DNA of 64,000 bases, taken from the NCBI GenBank assembly GCA_030390025.1, contig CM059432.1, positions 77,192,001 through 77,256,000 on the forward strand, written 5' to 3'. This DNA is from Squalus acanthias. Its lineage: Eukaryota. Under the pieces are notes generated by a model, which saw only the letters and a program-made list of their open reading frames with translations, ran no database searches and had not been told where the DNA came from. The translations under genes and the position numbers were made by a program. Each line of letters begins with the position of its first letter. Within the stretch, counting starts at the first letter, position 1. Below are positions 11,116 through 25,830 of the stretch, piece by piece.

Positions 11116-14100
11116 AACCAATTCAGTATATTTGCAATCTACAAGTTTGGACTGAAACACATCAAATTGCTGTTACTGCATATCAAGCACTACATGAGAG
11201 CAGATAATCTTTATTACAACATTATTGGGAATCATAATAGGTTTTTAAAAAATTTGAAAAAGTCTAAAAATTTAAAGCACAATTCAACACAATGAAAATG
11301 GCTAAGATTTCATCGACTGATTTATTCATATTGTTGTGCGAAATATCAATCACTATTAAAGAAAACACAACACAGAAGAAAACCTGCAGGATCATCTAAA
11401 AAGTTAGAAATGAAGACAGACGGCCACACTGAATTCAGCGCACAAAAACGCATGCACTTGACAAGAGGAGAAAAAGGACCAACAAAATTTAATGCATGCA
11501 ATTGACAAAAGTTGTTTTCATTAGATGGGACAGATTGCTACATGTCTGACTGATTTTATCTGTTTGATTACCCTTTGAGGGGCCGAGCAATGAGCAGCTT
11601 TTAGGTTCACAGGCCTCAAACAGCCCAAGATTCATGCTAATAAAAAGCCTTTCACTAACACAGACTGAACAATCGAATTAAAGCTTTATTTATTGGCGCT
11701 AAATATCTTGCTCAGTTTTCAACCATACGGTCCATTTCACTCCATCAGCTCTTCACAATGGTTGTGAGGCTGGACAATCTGTCTTGTGTCTGTATTGGGT
11801 AAAGCTCCAACTGACCAGCATCAATTAAAGAACAAAAACACACAAAAAACTGAAACTCATTAAAATAAACTTTTAATGGAAAGACTTCACAATTGCAATT
11901 GAATTGATGTGCTTTCTTTTTGCTGGTGAAAAGTGCATAATTGAGCCATACATTCATTTGCTTTTGCCTTGTGCCTTTATGTGAATTTTAACTTTTGGTT
12001 CCTCCCAACAGTCCTTTAAACAATTCAAAAAGAACCACAAAAGAAATGATGCATTTTTATTGAGCAGAATTATCAGTCCATTACTCCAACTTAAAAATGC
12101 ACCTCTTTGATTTTGCTGGCCACCAGATGTCCATACTCACGTCTACATGCTCAAATTGCTAGCACAAGAAGTGACTTGCACACAGAGCAGTGATCAGGTG
12201 TCAGCATATAACAATAGACACTACATCAACTCGAGCTGCAGCAGTGAGATCAGTGCTTTGCCAATATAATCAGATGCACTCATTTCTCCATGGAAATTCT
12301 GAATTTCAGGGCAGCAGTATTTGCTCAGCACATGTGCTAAGATTTCTTTAAAAAATGTATTCTACAATATTGCAGGAATAAGTGTTTTTCCTAATTAACA
12401 CAAAGAATGTATCTTTCACGTCAAAACACTCTCAGAACCACTTGCACATCCAAAAGTTCAAATGGGAATTGTCTTCATAACTGTTATTGATAAGTCATTT
12501 CCTTTATTTGCCAACACATGATATGATCATGTAGAACCCATCAGTGGTGTCACGTTGTGTTGTCTAATTGGCATAAAACTCTTCAGTCTCGTTTCTCTCT
12601 CCTTGAACAAAGAAAGTCTACCAAACCCACGTAGAATGTTCAACTAGGCAATACATATCTCAAAAATAATTCACCTCAAAACATTTACCCTGGCAGGTGG
12701 CAAACATCATGCGGGCCCATTTTGCGACTATGCGCTGTATAAAGTACCGCACAGTACTTCAAAGTTACAACCATTTTTCTGAAAATGCCATCCCAGTTCT
12801 CCACAAGAGTGAACTGATGTGCGAGACGCTGTAGCAAACAAAGAGTGTCCCTTCTGGTGAAACAGTGGACAAAATGAGGTGAACTGTGATAAGCAATTTG
12901 GAGACTCGAGGGAAAATTTGACAAGGAAAGCTGCTTCAAAAGCAAGGAGATGGGAGAACTGCTGAAAAGTTTTTATACTTTAACAAAAATTAAACAAGTG
13001 CATGCAGTAGGTAAAGTAGAAATCATTGCTTCACTAACCCAGAGGAATGTAGTCACATTTGCACCAAAATAAAACATTTTAGTTTTAGTTCATTGAAACA
13101 ATATGGGATATTTTTTCTGGTCAAAAACATAAAGTAGACCTGAATAATCAGTGAGCATGACTGGTAAAATGTGGTTAAAGGTCTATGCTAAGTTGCACAG
13201 AGACAAAGATTTAAAAAAAGTGAACCTTGAACTCCATACAGAACATGTGCTATGAACAACAACAATTCTAACCAGCAATACAGCCAGCTATGAGGCTGAG
13301 GCAGTAGCGTCAGGCTATTTGACTGTTGGACATTCAAACAGAATATAGGCAACAAAGTGGCTATTTATTGCTGGAGCTTCCAGAAAAAAGAAAACTGAAG
13401 CAAAACATTATGCATAATTCAAGACAGAGATAAGCTACAGACTGCCCTGCCAAGAATGACAAAAAAAACTTAACATAAACTGAATATTCCTGATGTGTAA
13501 GGTTGTAAAATATTGTAGCAGCTACAGTTCCTTGACACTGAAATACCATCAATGCTGAACACTGTCAACAGCAGCACTGTTTCTGCAGTTCTGAGAATAA
13601 ACAACATAAGAAAATAAGAACATAAGAAATAGGAGCAGGAGTAGGCCATTCAGTGTCCTGTTACCATGTCCCTCATAGTAGATTCCAGCATTTCCCTACC
13701 ACGGACGTCAGTATTACCTGTGCCCAAGTCGGAAGTTATTATTTTGATTCTGTTGAAACTTAACTCTTTAAAAGATTTCAGTTGCACTTCAAATTCAATT
13801 TTCCTTTCCTCAGAACAGAGGAGGAGATTTTGAGGCCTGTCACTCAACAGAAATGGGTATTGTAGGGGAAATGGTGGGGAATGACTTTTGGCCGCATTCA
13901 CGCTATCGATGTTGCCAGAACTAACTTTCCCCGGGGCTATCGCTGAGTGGCCAGAGTGTCCACCTAAGTCAGGTGATTGACGCTTTTACTATGCAAATTG
14001 ACGGACCCGTTTGCCATTTTAGGACAGTACTGGGCGGAGGGTGCACCACGCATGCTCCGCCCAGTATCAGCTGATGGTCCAGCCAAAGAGGAGCCATAAT

Positions 14101-14589
14101 GTTCAAATATATTTTTAGGTCAAAGTACTGAAAATCAGCAGTGCCATCGCATGGACTTGTATGGCAACAGTTTTATGTGTTTATCGGTTGTTCCAGCCAG
14201 TGCAATACCTTTCTGCATTTCCAACCTACATTAATGTATGATAAGATAACTACGGATGAGGGAGGCCATCCCACCCATTTAATTCATCCATCCAGAAAGA
14301 CCCTAAAGTTCCCTATTGCCCAATCCAATTGTTTCTTCAATTATTCTAGGGATTTTGACTCCACTGCTCTATGCAGGAGTCTATTCCATGTTTCAATCCC
14401 TTCTTCTGCGCACAACCTCCTGGTAGCAGTCCTAAATTTGCCTTTTACTATTTATGTCCCCGTATCTAATTCTTGCAATTTAATTTGAAGTGATTTTCTG
14501 GATTTATCTATCCCATACAATTTACAATCTTATATACCCTTGAGTTCCTTTACTACAATGTACTTGTGTTTACACAGTACATTATTGTA

Positions 14590-17093
14590 GGCCTCTGCAC
14601 CGAACGACTTCTCATCCTCGGTGATTTCAACCTCCATCTCAATTCATCATGCTCTCTCTCCTCTGAGTTCACTAGCCTCCTATCCTCCCTTAATCTCTCC
14701 CTCCATGTAAACTCCCAATCCATATTCACGGCCACCCTCTCGACCTTGCCATCTCTCGTGGGCTCGCTACTCCCATCGTGTCAATCGCAGATAAGGCCAT
14801 CACTGACCACTTCCTCGTATCGCTCTCCACCCACATCCCCCTTCCACCCCCGCCCCCTAATCCTACTACCTTCTGTGTCCGCCCCTGGAAAAAACTCTCT
14901 CCCAACTCTCTTACAACTGCACTTATGAAATCCCAACTGTCCAGCTTTGGCCCCCCATTCAGCATGACATTTCTGCAGCTACCGATCTGGTCAACCACAC
15001 CCTCACCACCACCTTTGATGACCTAGTCCCTATTAAAACAATTACTCTCTCTCACCCTGGCCGTTCCCCCTGGTACGGCTCTCATCTTCGCTCCCTTAAG
15101 TCCAAGGAACACAGACTTGAACGGATATGGCGGACAACTGGTTTAGCCATTCACTGCCAGATCTGGCTGGACCACATAAAGCATTATCGGGTCCTGCTCT
15201 CGCCTGCCAAAATTGCTCACCATTCCAGAATCATTCTGGAATGCAAAGATAAACCCCAACTTCTATTCTCCACTGCTAACCGTCTTCTTAAACCCCTCTC
15301 CCCTGTCTCCTCCACCCTCACCTCCGACAACAAGTGTGAGGAGCTCATGGACTTCTTTGTCTCCAAGATTGAGACCATCCGTTCAGCTGCCTCTGCCACT
15401 TCCCTTCCTTCCCCTAGCCCACCAGGCCAAACTTCCTCTAAGGTTCCCCCTTGCCCTAGCCCTGAACTCACATCTTTCTCCAGTTTCTCTCTGATCTCCC
15501 CTCATGACCTCTCCATGCTCATCTTGTCCATGTGACCTACTTCCTTCTCCCTCGACCCTATTCCCACAAAACTGCTGACCACCCAACTTCCTTTCCTGGC
15601 TCCCATGTTAGCTGTCATTGTTAACGGTTCTCTCTGATCAGGTACTGTCCCCTCTCCCTCAAATCTGCCATCATTACCCCTCTCCTCAAAAAAACAACTC
15701 TTGACCCCTCCGTCCTTGCAAACTACCGCCCCATCTCCAAACTCCCTTTCCTCTCCAAAGTCCTTGAACGTGTTGTTGCCTCCCAAATCCGTGCCCATCT
15801 TTCCCGCAATTCCATGTTTGAATCCCTCCAATCAGGTTTCTGCCCTTGCCACAGTACCAAAACGGCTCTCATCAAAGTCACAAATGACATCCATTGTGAC
15901 TGTGACAAAGGTAAACTATCTCTCCTCGTCCTTCTTGACGTGTCTACAGCCTTTGACACAGTTGACCACTCCATCATACTCCAACGCCTCCCCACCATCG
16001 TTCAGCTGGGTGGGACTGCACTCGCCTGGTTCCATCGTTACCTCTGGTGTCCCCCAAGGATCTATCCTTGGCCCTCTCCGATTTCTCATCTACATGTTGC
16101 CTCTTAGCGACATCATCCGAAAACACAGCGTCAGCTTCCACATGTACGCTGACGATACCCAGCTCTACCTCACCACCACTTCTCTTGACCCCTCCACGGT
16201 CTCTAAATTGTCAGACTGCTTGTCCGACATCCAGTTCTGGATAAGCAGAAATTTTCTCCAATTAAATATTGGGAAGACCGAAGCCATTGTTTTCGGTCCC
16301 TGCTACAAACTCCATTCCCTAACATCTGTCTGAGGCTGAACCACACTGTTTGCAACCTTGGTGTCATATTTGACCCTGAAATGAGCTTCCGACCACATAT
16401 CCGCAGCATAACTAAGACCACCTATTTCCACCTCCATAACATCACCCGTCTCCGCCCTTGCCTCAGCTCATCCGCTGCTGAAACCCTCATCCATGCCTTT
16501 GTTACCTCTAGACTTGACTATTCCAACGCACTCCTGGCTGGCCTCCCACATTCTACCCTATGTAAATTTGAGGTGATCCAAAACTTGGCTGCCCGTGTCC
16601 TAACTCGCACCAAGTCCCGTTCACCCATCACCCGCGGCTCGCTGACCTACATTGGCTCCCGGTTAAGCAACGCCTCAATTTCAAGATTCTCATCCTTGTT
16701 TTCAAATCCCTCCATGACCTCGCCCCTCCCTATCTCTGTAATCTCCTTCAGCCCCACACCCCCCACCCACACCCGAGATATCTGCGCTCCTCTAATTCTG
16801 CCCTCTTGAGGATCCCTGATTATAATCGCTCAACTATTGGTGGTCGTGCCTTCTGTTGCCTAGGCCCTAAGCTCTGAAATTCCCTCCCTAAATCTCTCCG
16901 CCTCTCTACCTCTCTTTCCTCATTTAAGACACTCCTTCAACCTACCTCTTTGACCAAGCTTTTGGTCACCTGCCCTAATTTCTCCTTATGTGGCTCGGTG
17001 TCAAATTTTTTGTCTTAAATTACTCCTGTGCAGTGCCTTGGGATGTTTTACTACGTTAAAGGTGCTATATAAATACAAGTTGTTGTTGTTGTT
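14590..17093 (+). mobile_element. 5'-truncated L2 LINE (APE end, RT, 3' UTR, (GTT)n tail), pseudogenised
   Basis: ILGDFNLH, NYRPISKL, FESLQSGF, LLDVSTAFDTVDH, GVPQGSILGP, YADDTQLY, SRLDYSNALL; ends gctatataaatacaagttgttgttgtt. Confidence 0.95.
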
Positions 17094-17398
17094 TAGGCAT
17101 AGGCTAATTAAGTGTCAAGTTCCAATGTACAGACCCAGGTTCATTGAAAAGTACTTAAATTTAATTAAAGAAGTCTCTATATATAATTTGTTTTACTGTA
17201 ATACACAAATGCATGTTTGCTTGATTTTCTTTAACATGTTGGTGGATTTCCAGACTATATTATTGTGGTTCACTTGAGTATTTAAAAGTATCTTAATTGT
17301 AATATAAGTTTGCATTTGCAGACTGCTTTACTCTAAAGTGCCACAAGTTAATTTACTGAAGCAATTTTATGTATAAACTGAAAGTTTTTTTAAATAAG

Positions 17399-17691
17399 AA
17401 CAGAAAATGCTGGAAATACTCAGCAGGTCAGGCAGCATAAGTGGAGAGAGAAGCAAAGTTAACGTTTCAGGTTGATGACTTATCAGAACTAGAAAATGCT
17501 ACAGATCTAACAGGTTTTAAGCAAATACAGAGGCAGGGAAAGGGGGATTTTCCAGTTCTGATGATAGGTCATCGACCTGAAACGTTAACTCTGTTTCTCT
17601 CGCCACAGATGCTGCCTGACCTGCTGAGTATTTCCAGCATTTACTGTTTTTATTTCAGATTTCCAGCATCTGCAGTATTTTGCTTTTGTAT
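17399..17691. mobile_element. Inverted-repeat Penelope-like insert (family 2)
   Basis: 14-bp TSD tttttttaaataag (17385-17398 and 17692-17705); hammerhead agtt-CTGATGA-t-aggtc(atc)gacct-GAA-ACGT-T-aact at ~17554-17590. Confidence 0.85.
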
Positions 17692-18363
17692 TTTTTTTAA
17701 ATAAGTGCTTTACTCTCTTGGCCATATCTATTTAAAGTCTCTTTACTGTTAAGTGTGCATCTATGGCTCACTTTCTGTCATATGTGTTTTTCTAGGTTAC
17801 TATACTGTACCTCTAAAAGAGATAGTATATTTTCATATACTATGAACACAGACTGGTTAATTCCAAGGCATCAGCTTGCTCATCATAAAAAACAGATATA
17901 CTGATATGTAGTTATACTGAAACAGCCTGTAAATACACTTATTTTCTGTAAAGCAGCTTGTGAATATAGTAAAGAAGCCTTCAAGTACAATATTTTTCCT
18001 GTGAGGGAAACTGTAAATACTGTAATACACCAAAGTAAACCAATGTGTATATGCACCAGCTTTTCAGTAAAGAAGCTCCTGACTATACTCATCCGTCACA
18101 GTTAAGTATCCTTAACATACTCAGATATTTTCCACTGACGTAGCCTGTCAGATCATTGGTACTCTATGCTATATCAGGTAGTAACCACAATGGCACTTTA
18201 CTGTTTTGTAGACTACAAGTGCATCAACAGCTGTCAATATCAAGTGGCTGTGAAGAATGCCATTTATGATTAGTAGTGGGTTTAGTTTGCTCTTATTGCA
18301 GTGATTGTCTGTTAAATTAGAGATTTTTTTCTCATTATTTTTTGGCACATTTGTAGAAATGTC

Positions 18364-19270
18364 GGGGGAAAAATTCGGTTGCTTGGCGCCTCCCGTTAGC
18401 GCCCTAAGAGGGCGCTAATGGGGTGCAAAGCAACTAGCGCCCGGGTGCGGCAATTTTTGCGCCGCTCGCGAAATTGACTAGACATTTTGCGGCAGCGCTA
18501 AACACTACCGCCACGATCTCCTGCTCCCGCAGATCGTGACGTCAGTTGAGTGTGCAACGCCCCTGATAGCGCCCTGGACCGGATATTGAGTGGCGCCCCC
18601 TGCCTTTCCGTCTGCCGCTAGCAACGACAGGTTGAGGGGAACATTTTGCAGTCAGGAAGGAACTGGGGGAGCGCTATTTAAAGGCGACCGCTTCCTGCCT
18701 TTTTTTGTCGGTGACATTTTTGCACCACACATTCTGAGAGAGAGAGAGAGGGAGAGAGAGAGAGACTTCTGGAGAGATTCAACGCTGTGTGAAGGAGTTT
18801 TGGGTACTGAGCAGCACTTTGCTGGTTCATTTTGATTTGACCTTCCTTGCATCGATTTAGAAGAGACTGTGGGGGCTGCACTCTGAGCTCTTTCCCTGGG
18901 CCTCTCCATTGTTCTTTCCAGCAGATTTGATGTACAGGTCTCTCCAGGCCGAGATTCAAGGCTGCAATGAGCAGGGTGTGGATAGAGAGCAAGATCGACC
19001 CTCCCCTTTAAGAACTGGCTGGCGCCAGTGTGTCTGTGTTCCATTGCTGACTGACATCACATGAGCTTCGCCAGCGCTCTGAGGTAGCGCCTCGCTCCTC
19101 GGCGTTAGCGCCTTAAGAGAGGTGTGTAGCGCCTGATTTAGCGCTCCAATCACCTCTAGGGGCGATAGAAGCCAAGTTTGCAGTCGGAGGTGATAATTAA
19201 CGCCAGGCGCTAAACTTTGCGCCCGGCCAATAACTGCGCCCCAAACAGGGCGATACCGAATTTTTCCCCC
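18364..19270 (+). mobile_element. ~900-bp Harbinger MITE, copy 2
   Basis: TIR gggggaaaaattcgg / ccgaatttttccccc; colinear with 3201-4097; no clean TSD. Confidence 0.9.
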
Positions 19271-21535
19271 ATACAATTTACTCATAGCACATTCTTGGAA
19301 TGCAGATGCATTTTAATTGGCACATAATGGTCGGTGCGTTAATCCTGCTGTGGAACATCCTACTCCTCCTGGCTCACAAAGAGTTCAAAGAGCAGGACAT
19401 TTTTAAAACTTACCTTGGCCTCTTCTGTCCCGTCGTCTTCTCCCGCCATGGTTCTGTTGCCAGACAGCAAACAGTGCGGGGCTCCCCCATCGTTCATATT
19501 ACGTTGTGGCGCAGCTGACGTCATCGGGCTATGACTCATGCATCTTAAGTAGGCGCCCACCTGCTTTTAGCGGGAGCCTCACCGAGGGCCTGAATTGCCG
19601 CTGTTAATATTACGGGGGCTGGGAACGCGGCAGAATTTCAATTTTCAACTCGCCAAGGCTTCCTTGCTATCACCTTCCAAACCAACACTTTTGATTATTA
19701 ATGATAAAAATATTGGAGTTGAGTAAAAAGGCTGTTTGACAAACAGTCAAGAATTATCCAATCAGGTAACAAAGAGTTTGTTCACTTTCCAATTGGCATG
19801 GGAAGATGGTGCCCCACGACAATGGACACGACAGGTGACCAATGGCGGAAGTCTGGGGGCGGAGAAGTTGGAGGAGGCAGTTCCTGTGATGAAACTTCTT
19901 GGAATACACCCAACAAGTGTTGGCAACCCTAATGGCAGTGAGGGAGGTCTGTGCTGATCCTTCTCTTGCAGTTGGAGACCCCGCCTGGCTGGGGTATATC
20001 GGAAGAATATAAAGCCTTCCTGTGTTTTTTCAGGTGGGAATTCGGCCTGCTTTGTTTGCTCGACACACAGAGATCAATTTTCCATTGACTTCCATGGACA
20101 GGAAAATTGGACAAGGTGTAAAACAGTTGGCCAACCCACTGATGTGCATTTCCCGCCTGGTGGGAACAATTAAAATCAACCCCACAAAATGAAAGCTGTG
20201 AGATAGCCCCGATAATGGGTCTGCTGAAGCAGAAGCTTTTACTCCCCTCAGTGCTGCGGGCGAGCTCCATTCTTGCCTGTACCTCGACTGAAACACATTA
20301 GGGAAGAAAACTACTTATGTTGTTGTTGTAATTAAACTTTGTTTAATTGCTTTAAAAAAAATTCACATCTGACTGTTTCTATTTGTTTTGCACCGTGTTA
20401 ATTTAGAACCTTGCGTGAAGCTGGCCCTAATTGTATCCCAGTAAATAGGCCTCCTCCTGTCAACTTACAACTGTTAATGACTTTACTTTGGAGTGAGTGC
20501 CAATTATCTTACACTGGAGAAATGCCTATTTAAAAAGGAGGTTGTAGATGACAGCCACATTTGCCCAAATAGCTTCACACAAGTACTTTTAATGCTGGAT
20601 CTCAATTACAAAAGAGAGGTAATAAAGGATATTTCTGAATTATTACAATATGCTATAAAAGAAACCAGACCTCCTTACTAGCAACTGAGAAATTCTGCTC
20701 ACTAATTATTCTATAGCAATGCTTTTCACTTTCATCAGGAATTCTCCTCTTTGGGGTGGATTTCCAGTGGTGCATGACTTCCAGCCCTGCCCCCTCCCAA
20801 ATCCATGCTGACCCTGCCTCATTTTCCTGAGTTAGGGCTAATTTCTGATGCATTGCTGGCTTCCAACAGGATTCCCACTACCAAGAGGGAGCTGACCAGC
20901 GCAAAGCGGAGAATCCCAATGGTGCCATAGTTAAAAGGGCACAAGCGACTGAAGACTGCATCAAGGATCTCACTGAAAACAAATGCTGAGATGAAGGCCT
21001 TCAGCAGTGAAGTGATGGGCCCAAATTTAAGGAAGAAAAGGCCTCTACAAGGTCCTATCCCTCCACTGGGGGAGCTCAGGGCATTTACCACCGCTTCCCA
21101 GGGTCCAACCCCACGTTTCACATTGCAACCCGGAGAAGCAGCAGTGAATAGGGCAGACGGTAGGCAGGGGGAAACACACACCTAGGCCCAATATCCCCCT
21201 ACCTCCGCTACCTTTTGCAGGCAGTGGGCAGCAAAGGACCAGCCAATGTCCTGCATCCAAGATGCTACATAAATGCAAATTCCTTTTTCCAAAAAAGAAA
21301 ATGAGCAGACCAAAGCACATGGGGAAAGTACAGCTGCACAGATTTTACACACACTGACTCATGGGGCATGATTTCCCTGCACTTTCCTGGCCATTTTTGG
21401 GGGGTCCCAGGGTAAGAGAAATTGGGCAGAGACTTCCACCAAATCCCTGCCCAAAGAAATGATCGCATTCATCTTCCTCCTGCCCCCTTATTGGCAGATC
21501 ATAATACCCGCCGTTTGCCCACTCTGTCTCATGTA

Positions 21536-23218
21536 AACAACAACAACTTGTATTTATATAGTGCCTTTAACATAGTAAAATGTCCCAAGATACTTCACAG
21601 AAGCATAATAAAGCAAAATTTGACACCGAGCTACACAAGGAGAAATTAGGGCAGGTGACCAAAAGCTTGGTCAAAGAAGTAGGTTTTAAGGAGTGTCTTA
21701 AAGGAGGAAAGAGGTAGAGAGGCGGAGAGGTTTAGGGAGGGAATTCCAGAGCTTAGGGGCTTGGCAGCTGAAGGCACGGCCACCAATGGTTGAGCAATTA
21801 TAATCAGGGATGCTCAAGAGGCCAGAATTAGAGGAGCACAGATATCTCGGGGAGTCGTGGGGCTGGAGAAGGTTACAGAGATAGGCAGGGACGAGCCCAT
21901 GGAGGGATTTGAAAACAAGAATGAGAATTTTAAAATCAAGGCGTTGCTTAACCGGGAGCTAATCTAGGTCAGCGAGCACAGGGGTAATGGGTGAACGGGA
22001 CTTGGTGTGAGTTAGGACACAGGCAGCCGAGTTTTGGATGACCTCAGATTTACATAGGGTAGAACGTGGGAATAGTCAAGTCTAGAGGTAACAAAGGCAT
22101 GGATGAAGGTTTCAGCAGTTGTTACGGAGGTGGAAATAGGTGATCTTAATGACGGCACGGCTATGTGGTCGGAAGCTCATTTCATGGTCAAATCGGACAC
22201 CAAGGTTGCGAACAGTCGGGTTCAGCCTCTGACAGATGCTAGGGAGAGGGATGGAGTCGGTAGCTAGGGAATAGAGTTCGTGGCAGGGACCGAAGACAAT
22301 GGCTTCAGTCTTCCCAATATTTAGTTGGAGGAAATTTCTGCTCATCTAGTACTGGATGTCAGACAAGCAGTCTGACAATTGAGAGACAGTGGAGTGGTCG
22401 GGAGAGGTGGTGGTGAGGTAGAGTTGGGTGCCGTCAGCGTACATGTGGAAACTGACATTGTGTTTTCAGAGGATGTCGCCAAGGGGCAGCATGTAGATGA
22501 GAAATCAGAGGGGGTTAGGGATAGATCCTTGGGGGACACCAGAGGTAACGATGCAGGAGTGGGAAGAGAAGCCACTACAGGTGATTCTCTGGCTACAATT
22601 AGATAGATAAGAATGGAACCAGGTGAGTGCAGTCCCACCCAGCTGGACGACGGTGGAGAGGCGTTGGGAGGAGGATAGAGTGGTCAACCATGTCAAAGGT
22701 TGCAGACAGGTCGAGAAGGATGAGGAGGGATAGTTTACCTTTGTCACAGACACAAAGGATGTCTTTGTGACTTTGATAAGAGCCGTTTCAGTACTGTGGT
22801 AGGGGCAGAAATCTGACTGGAGGGATTCAAACATTCAAACGAGAAAGATGGGCACGGATTTGGGAGGCGACAACACGTTCAAGGACTTGAGAGAATGGGA
22901 GGTTGACGATGGGGCGGTAGTTTACAAGAACGGAGGGGTCAAAGTTGATTTTTTGAGTAGGGGGGTGATGACGGCAGATTTGAAGGAGAGGGGGACAGTA
23001 CCTGAGGAGAGAGAACCTTTAACAATATCAACTAACATGGGAGCCAGAAAAGGAAGTTGGGTGGGCAGCAGTTTAGTGGAATAGGGTCGTGGGAGCAGGA
23101 AGTGGGTCTCATGGACAAGGTGAGCTCGAAGAGCGCATGAGGGGAGATCGGTGAGAAAGATCTGAGTTCAGGGCTGGGGTGGGGGGAGCCTCAGAGGAAG
23201 TTTGGCCTGGTGAGCTAG
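21536..23218 (-). mobile_element. 5'-truncated L2 LINE
   Basis: (AAC)n tail at 21536; FESLQSDF, GVPQGSI, MSRNFLQLNIGKTEAIVFG; same family as 14590-17093. Confidence 0.95.
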
Positions 23219-25087
23219 ATGCCCAAGAGGGGCGATCTCCGCCTACTTAAGAACTGGCGCCCGGTCTCCCTCCTCGGCACGGACTACAAGATTTTTGGCA
23301 GGGCAATGTCTGCTCACCTTGGCACCGTGCTGGCCCACATGATTCACCCTGAGCAGTCCGACAAGGTCCCAGGCCGGATCATCCACAACAACATCCATCT
23401 GGTCCGGGACCTAATCTACCATTCCCAGAGGGCTGGTCTGTCGGTCGCCTTCCTTTTCCTGGATCAGGAGAAGGCGTTCGACAAGGTGGATCACGAGTAC
23501 CTCTTAGGGACTCTGCATGCATCCGGGTTCAGGACGCATTTTGTTGCCCGGATCCAACCTCTGTACGCCGCCGTGGATTGTCTGATTAAGGTTAACGGGT
23601 CTTTGACGAGGCCCCTTCGCTTCAGGAGAGGGGTGCGTCTGGGATGCCCCATGTCCAGCCAGTTATATGCCATCTGCGTGGAGCCTTTCCTGCGCCTCTT
23701 GTGGAAGAGGTCGACGGGACTCTGCAAGGGCCGGGCGTGGAGGTCATCCTCTCAGCTTACACGGATAACATGCTCCTCATGGTCACAGATTCCACTGACT
23801 TGCGGAGGATGCGAGTGCCAGCAGGTCTACTCTGCCGCGTCCTCTGCGAGGATTAGTTGGGAGAAATGTTCTGGACTCTTGGTGGGTCAGTGGCGGGTGG
23901 ACTCCCTGCCGGAAGAGCTCCGGCCTTTTGCCTGGAGCACCACTCATCTCCTCTACCTGGGAGTCTACCTTAGCCCTGCTGAGGAAGCCTGACCAGCAAA
24001 CTGGCAAGAGCTGGAGGCCAAAGTCACCACTCACCTAGGATGCTGGACAGGATTGCTCAGAGTGCTGTCCTACAGGGCTCAAGCACTGGTCATAAATCAA
24101 CAGGTGATCACTATGCTGTGGTACTAGTTGGTCACTTTGATCCCTCACCCTGAGTTTGTCGCCAAGATACAGAAGAAGCTTGTTGACTTTTTCTGGAACA
24201 AAAGGAAGCATTGGGTCTCTGCCGTGGTTCTGAGTCTCCCACTTAGGAGGGCGGTCAGGCACTGGTGTGCATGCGTACCCAGGCGGCGACTTTCTGTCTT
24301 CAGACCCTGCAGAGGCCTGTACGTTGAGAATCCTCCCAGATGGCGTGCGCTGGCGACGTATTTCTTCCGCCAGCTGCACGGCCTCAATTATGACATGCAG
24401 CTCCTGTTTATAAAACGGAGGTGTAGCCTTGCCTCCTTGTAGGAGCTGCCTGTCTTTTACCAGGAACTGATTAGGATCTGTAACCTGGTCGCCTCCAGCC
24501 AGAGTTCTCCCCCGTTAGGAGTGGTGGCTATCCGACGGGAGCCGCTGTTCAGGAATCCGCATCTCCTCGACCGCGGTTTCATGTGGCTGGCGGAGGGGAG
24601 GGCCCTGGCTGGCAAGGTAACCAGAGTCAGGGATGTACTGGATCATGGAGGAGCGGGCTGGATGTCACCAGAGGAGCTGGCACGGCGTCCAGTTCGTGGC
24701 CGAAGTTATCGAGATGCTAAAAGAGGCAATAGGCCCTGACTCCACTAGGTGTGTCGAGGAGGCTCAAGCGTGTGGAGCGATCCAGTCTGAACTGACCCCC
24801 ATTCAGACGGAATTTCTCTTTGGCACCAGGCCCTGAAACCTCACAGCTTGAGCCGTCTCTCGGAGATCCCTTCCATGCCTTTCCACTGTGCACGGAGGGG
24901 TTTCCTGGAAGGGCTGCTCTTGCACACTCTCCTCATCTTTGGTCCGGACACGCCTTCATGGGCAGACCAGAGGACCTCCTTGTTGGACTGCTCCTGGGTT
25001 TGGCCAAGGTGGCCATTAACAGGTCCAGGCAGCGGGCAATTGAGGGGGTCATTCAGCCCGACTGCCTGCCTCTCTTCCGCGGCTACC
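23219..25087 (+). mobile_element. Tx1-clade (L1 group) non-LTR retrotransposon ORF2 fragment, decayed
   Basis: PKRGDLRLLKNWRPVSLLGTDYKI, VPGRIIHNNIHLVRDLI, LDQEKAFDKVDHEYL, GVRLGCPMS, SAYTD, C-terminal LLLGLAKVAINRSR. Confidence 0.85.
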
Positions 25088-25830
25088 CTTCGATGTCCTC
25101 GGAGTCAGAACTGTATGCTCTACCAAAGAGAAAACAAGGCATGGCCCTGGCTTTGTCGCTTCCTGAACAAAGTAAAATCAGAAGTTACGGTATTTTCTGA
25201 GATGGAAGCCGATCAGTTGGATAATGATGAAGGTTCTGACTTTCTAATGGATTTCTAGGATAAAATCTACAAAAGATGACCTGTTAAATGCCTATGAGGC
25301 CTGGTCAGAATTTGACAGATTTCGGAAAACGGATGGTTATTCAATGGAAGAGTATATCATAGACTTTAACAAATTGTACAAAAGTTTGACAAAGTTTAAT
25401 TTGGGAATCCCTGGATCGGTTCTAGCATTGAAATTACTAGATTGTGCAAAGGTGTCTCGTATGGAGAAGCAACTTGTCCTAACTGGCGTCCAGTTCTCAG
25501 AAAAGGAGACTGTTGGAGCAGATGTCTGCTGCCTTAAAAAAAATTCCTGGGGATTCAGTCATTCCCTTCAGCCTTCATGGAACAAATGAGGCATTACGCC
25601 GTGACACAAAGAATAGAAGATTCAATGGTTACCAGATTTTGAAATATTCCCAATACCGGACGCAGGCGTCAATATAACAGAAGGATTAAAGTCAGACAGA
25701 ATGGTGAGGAAAGCACGTATAGAAAATCCGGTTATATCAACAGAAGACAAAATTGGCACAGTAATAATGGGCAAATTAATTCCAGGCATGCCCAAGGAAA
25801 AGTCAATAGATGCTTTAGATGTGACTCTAA

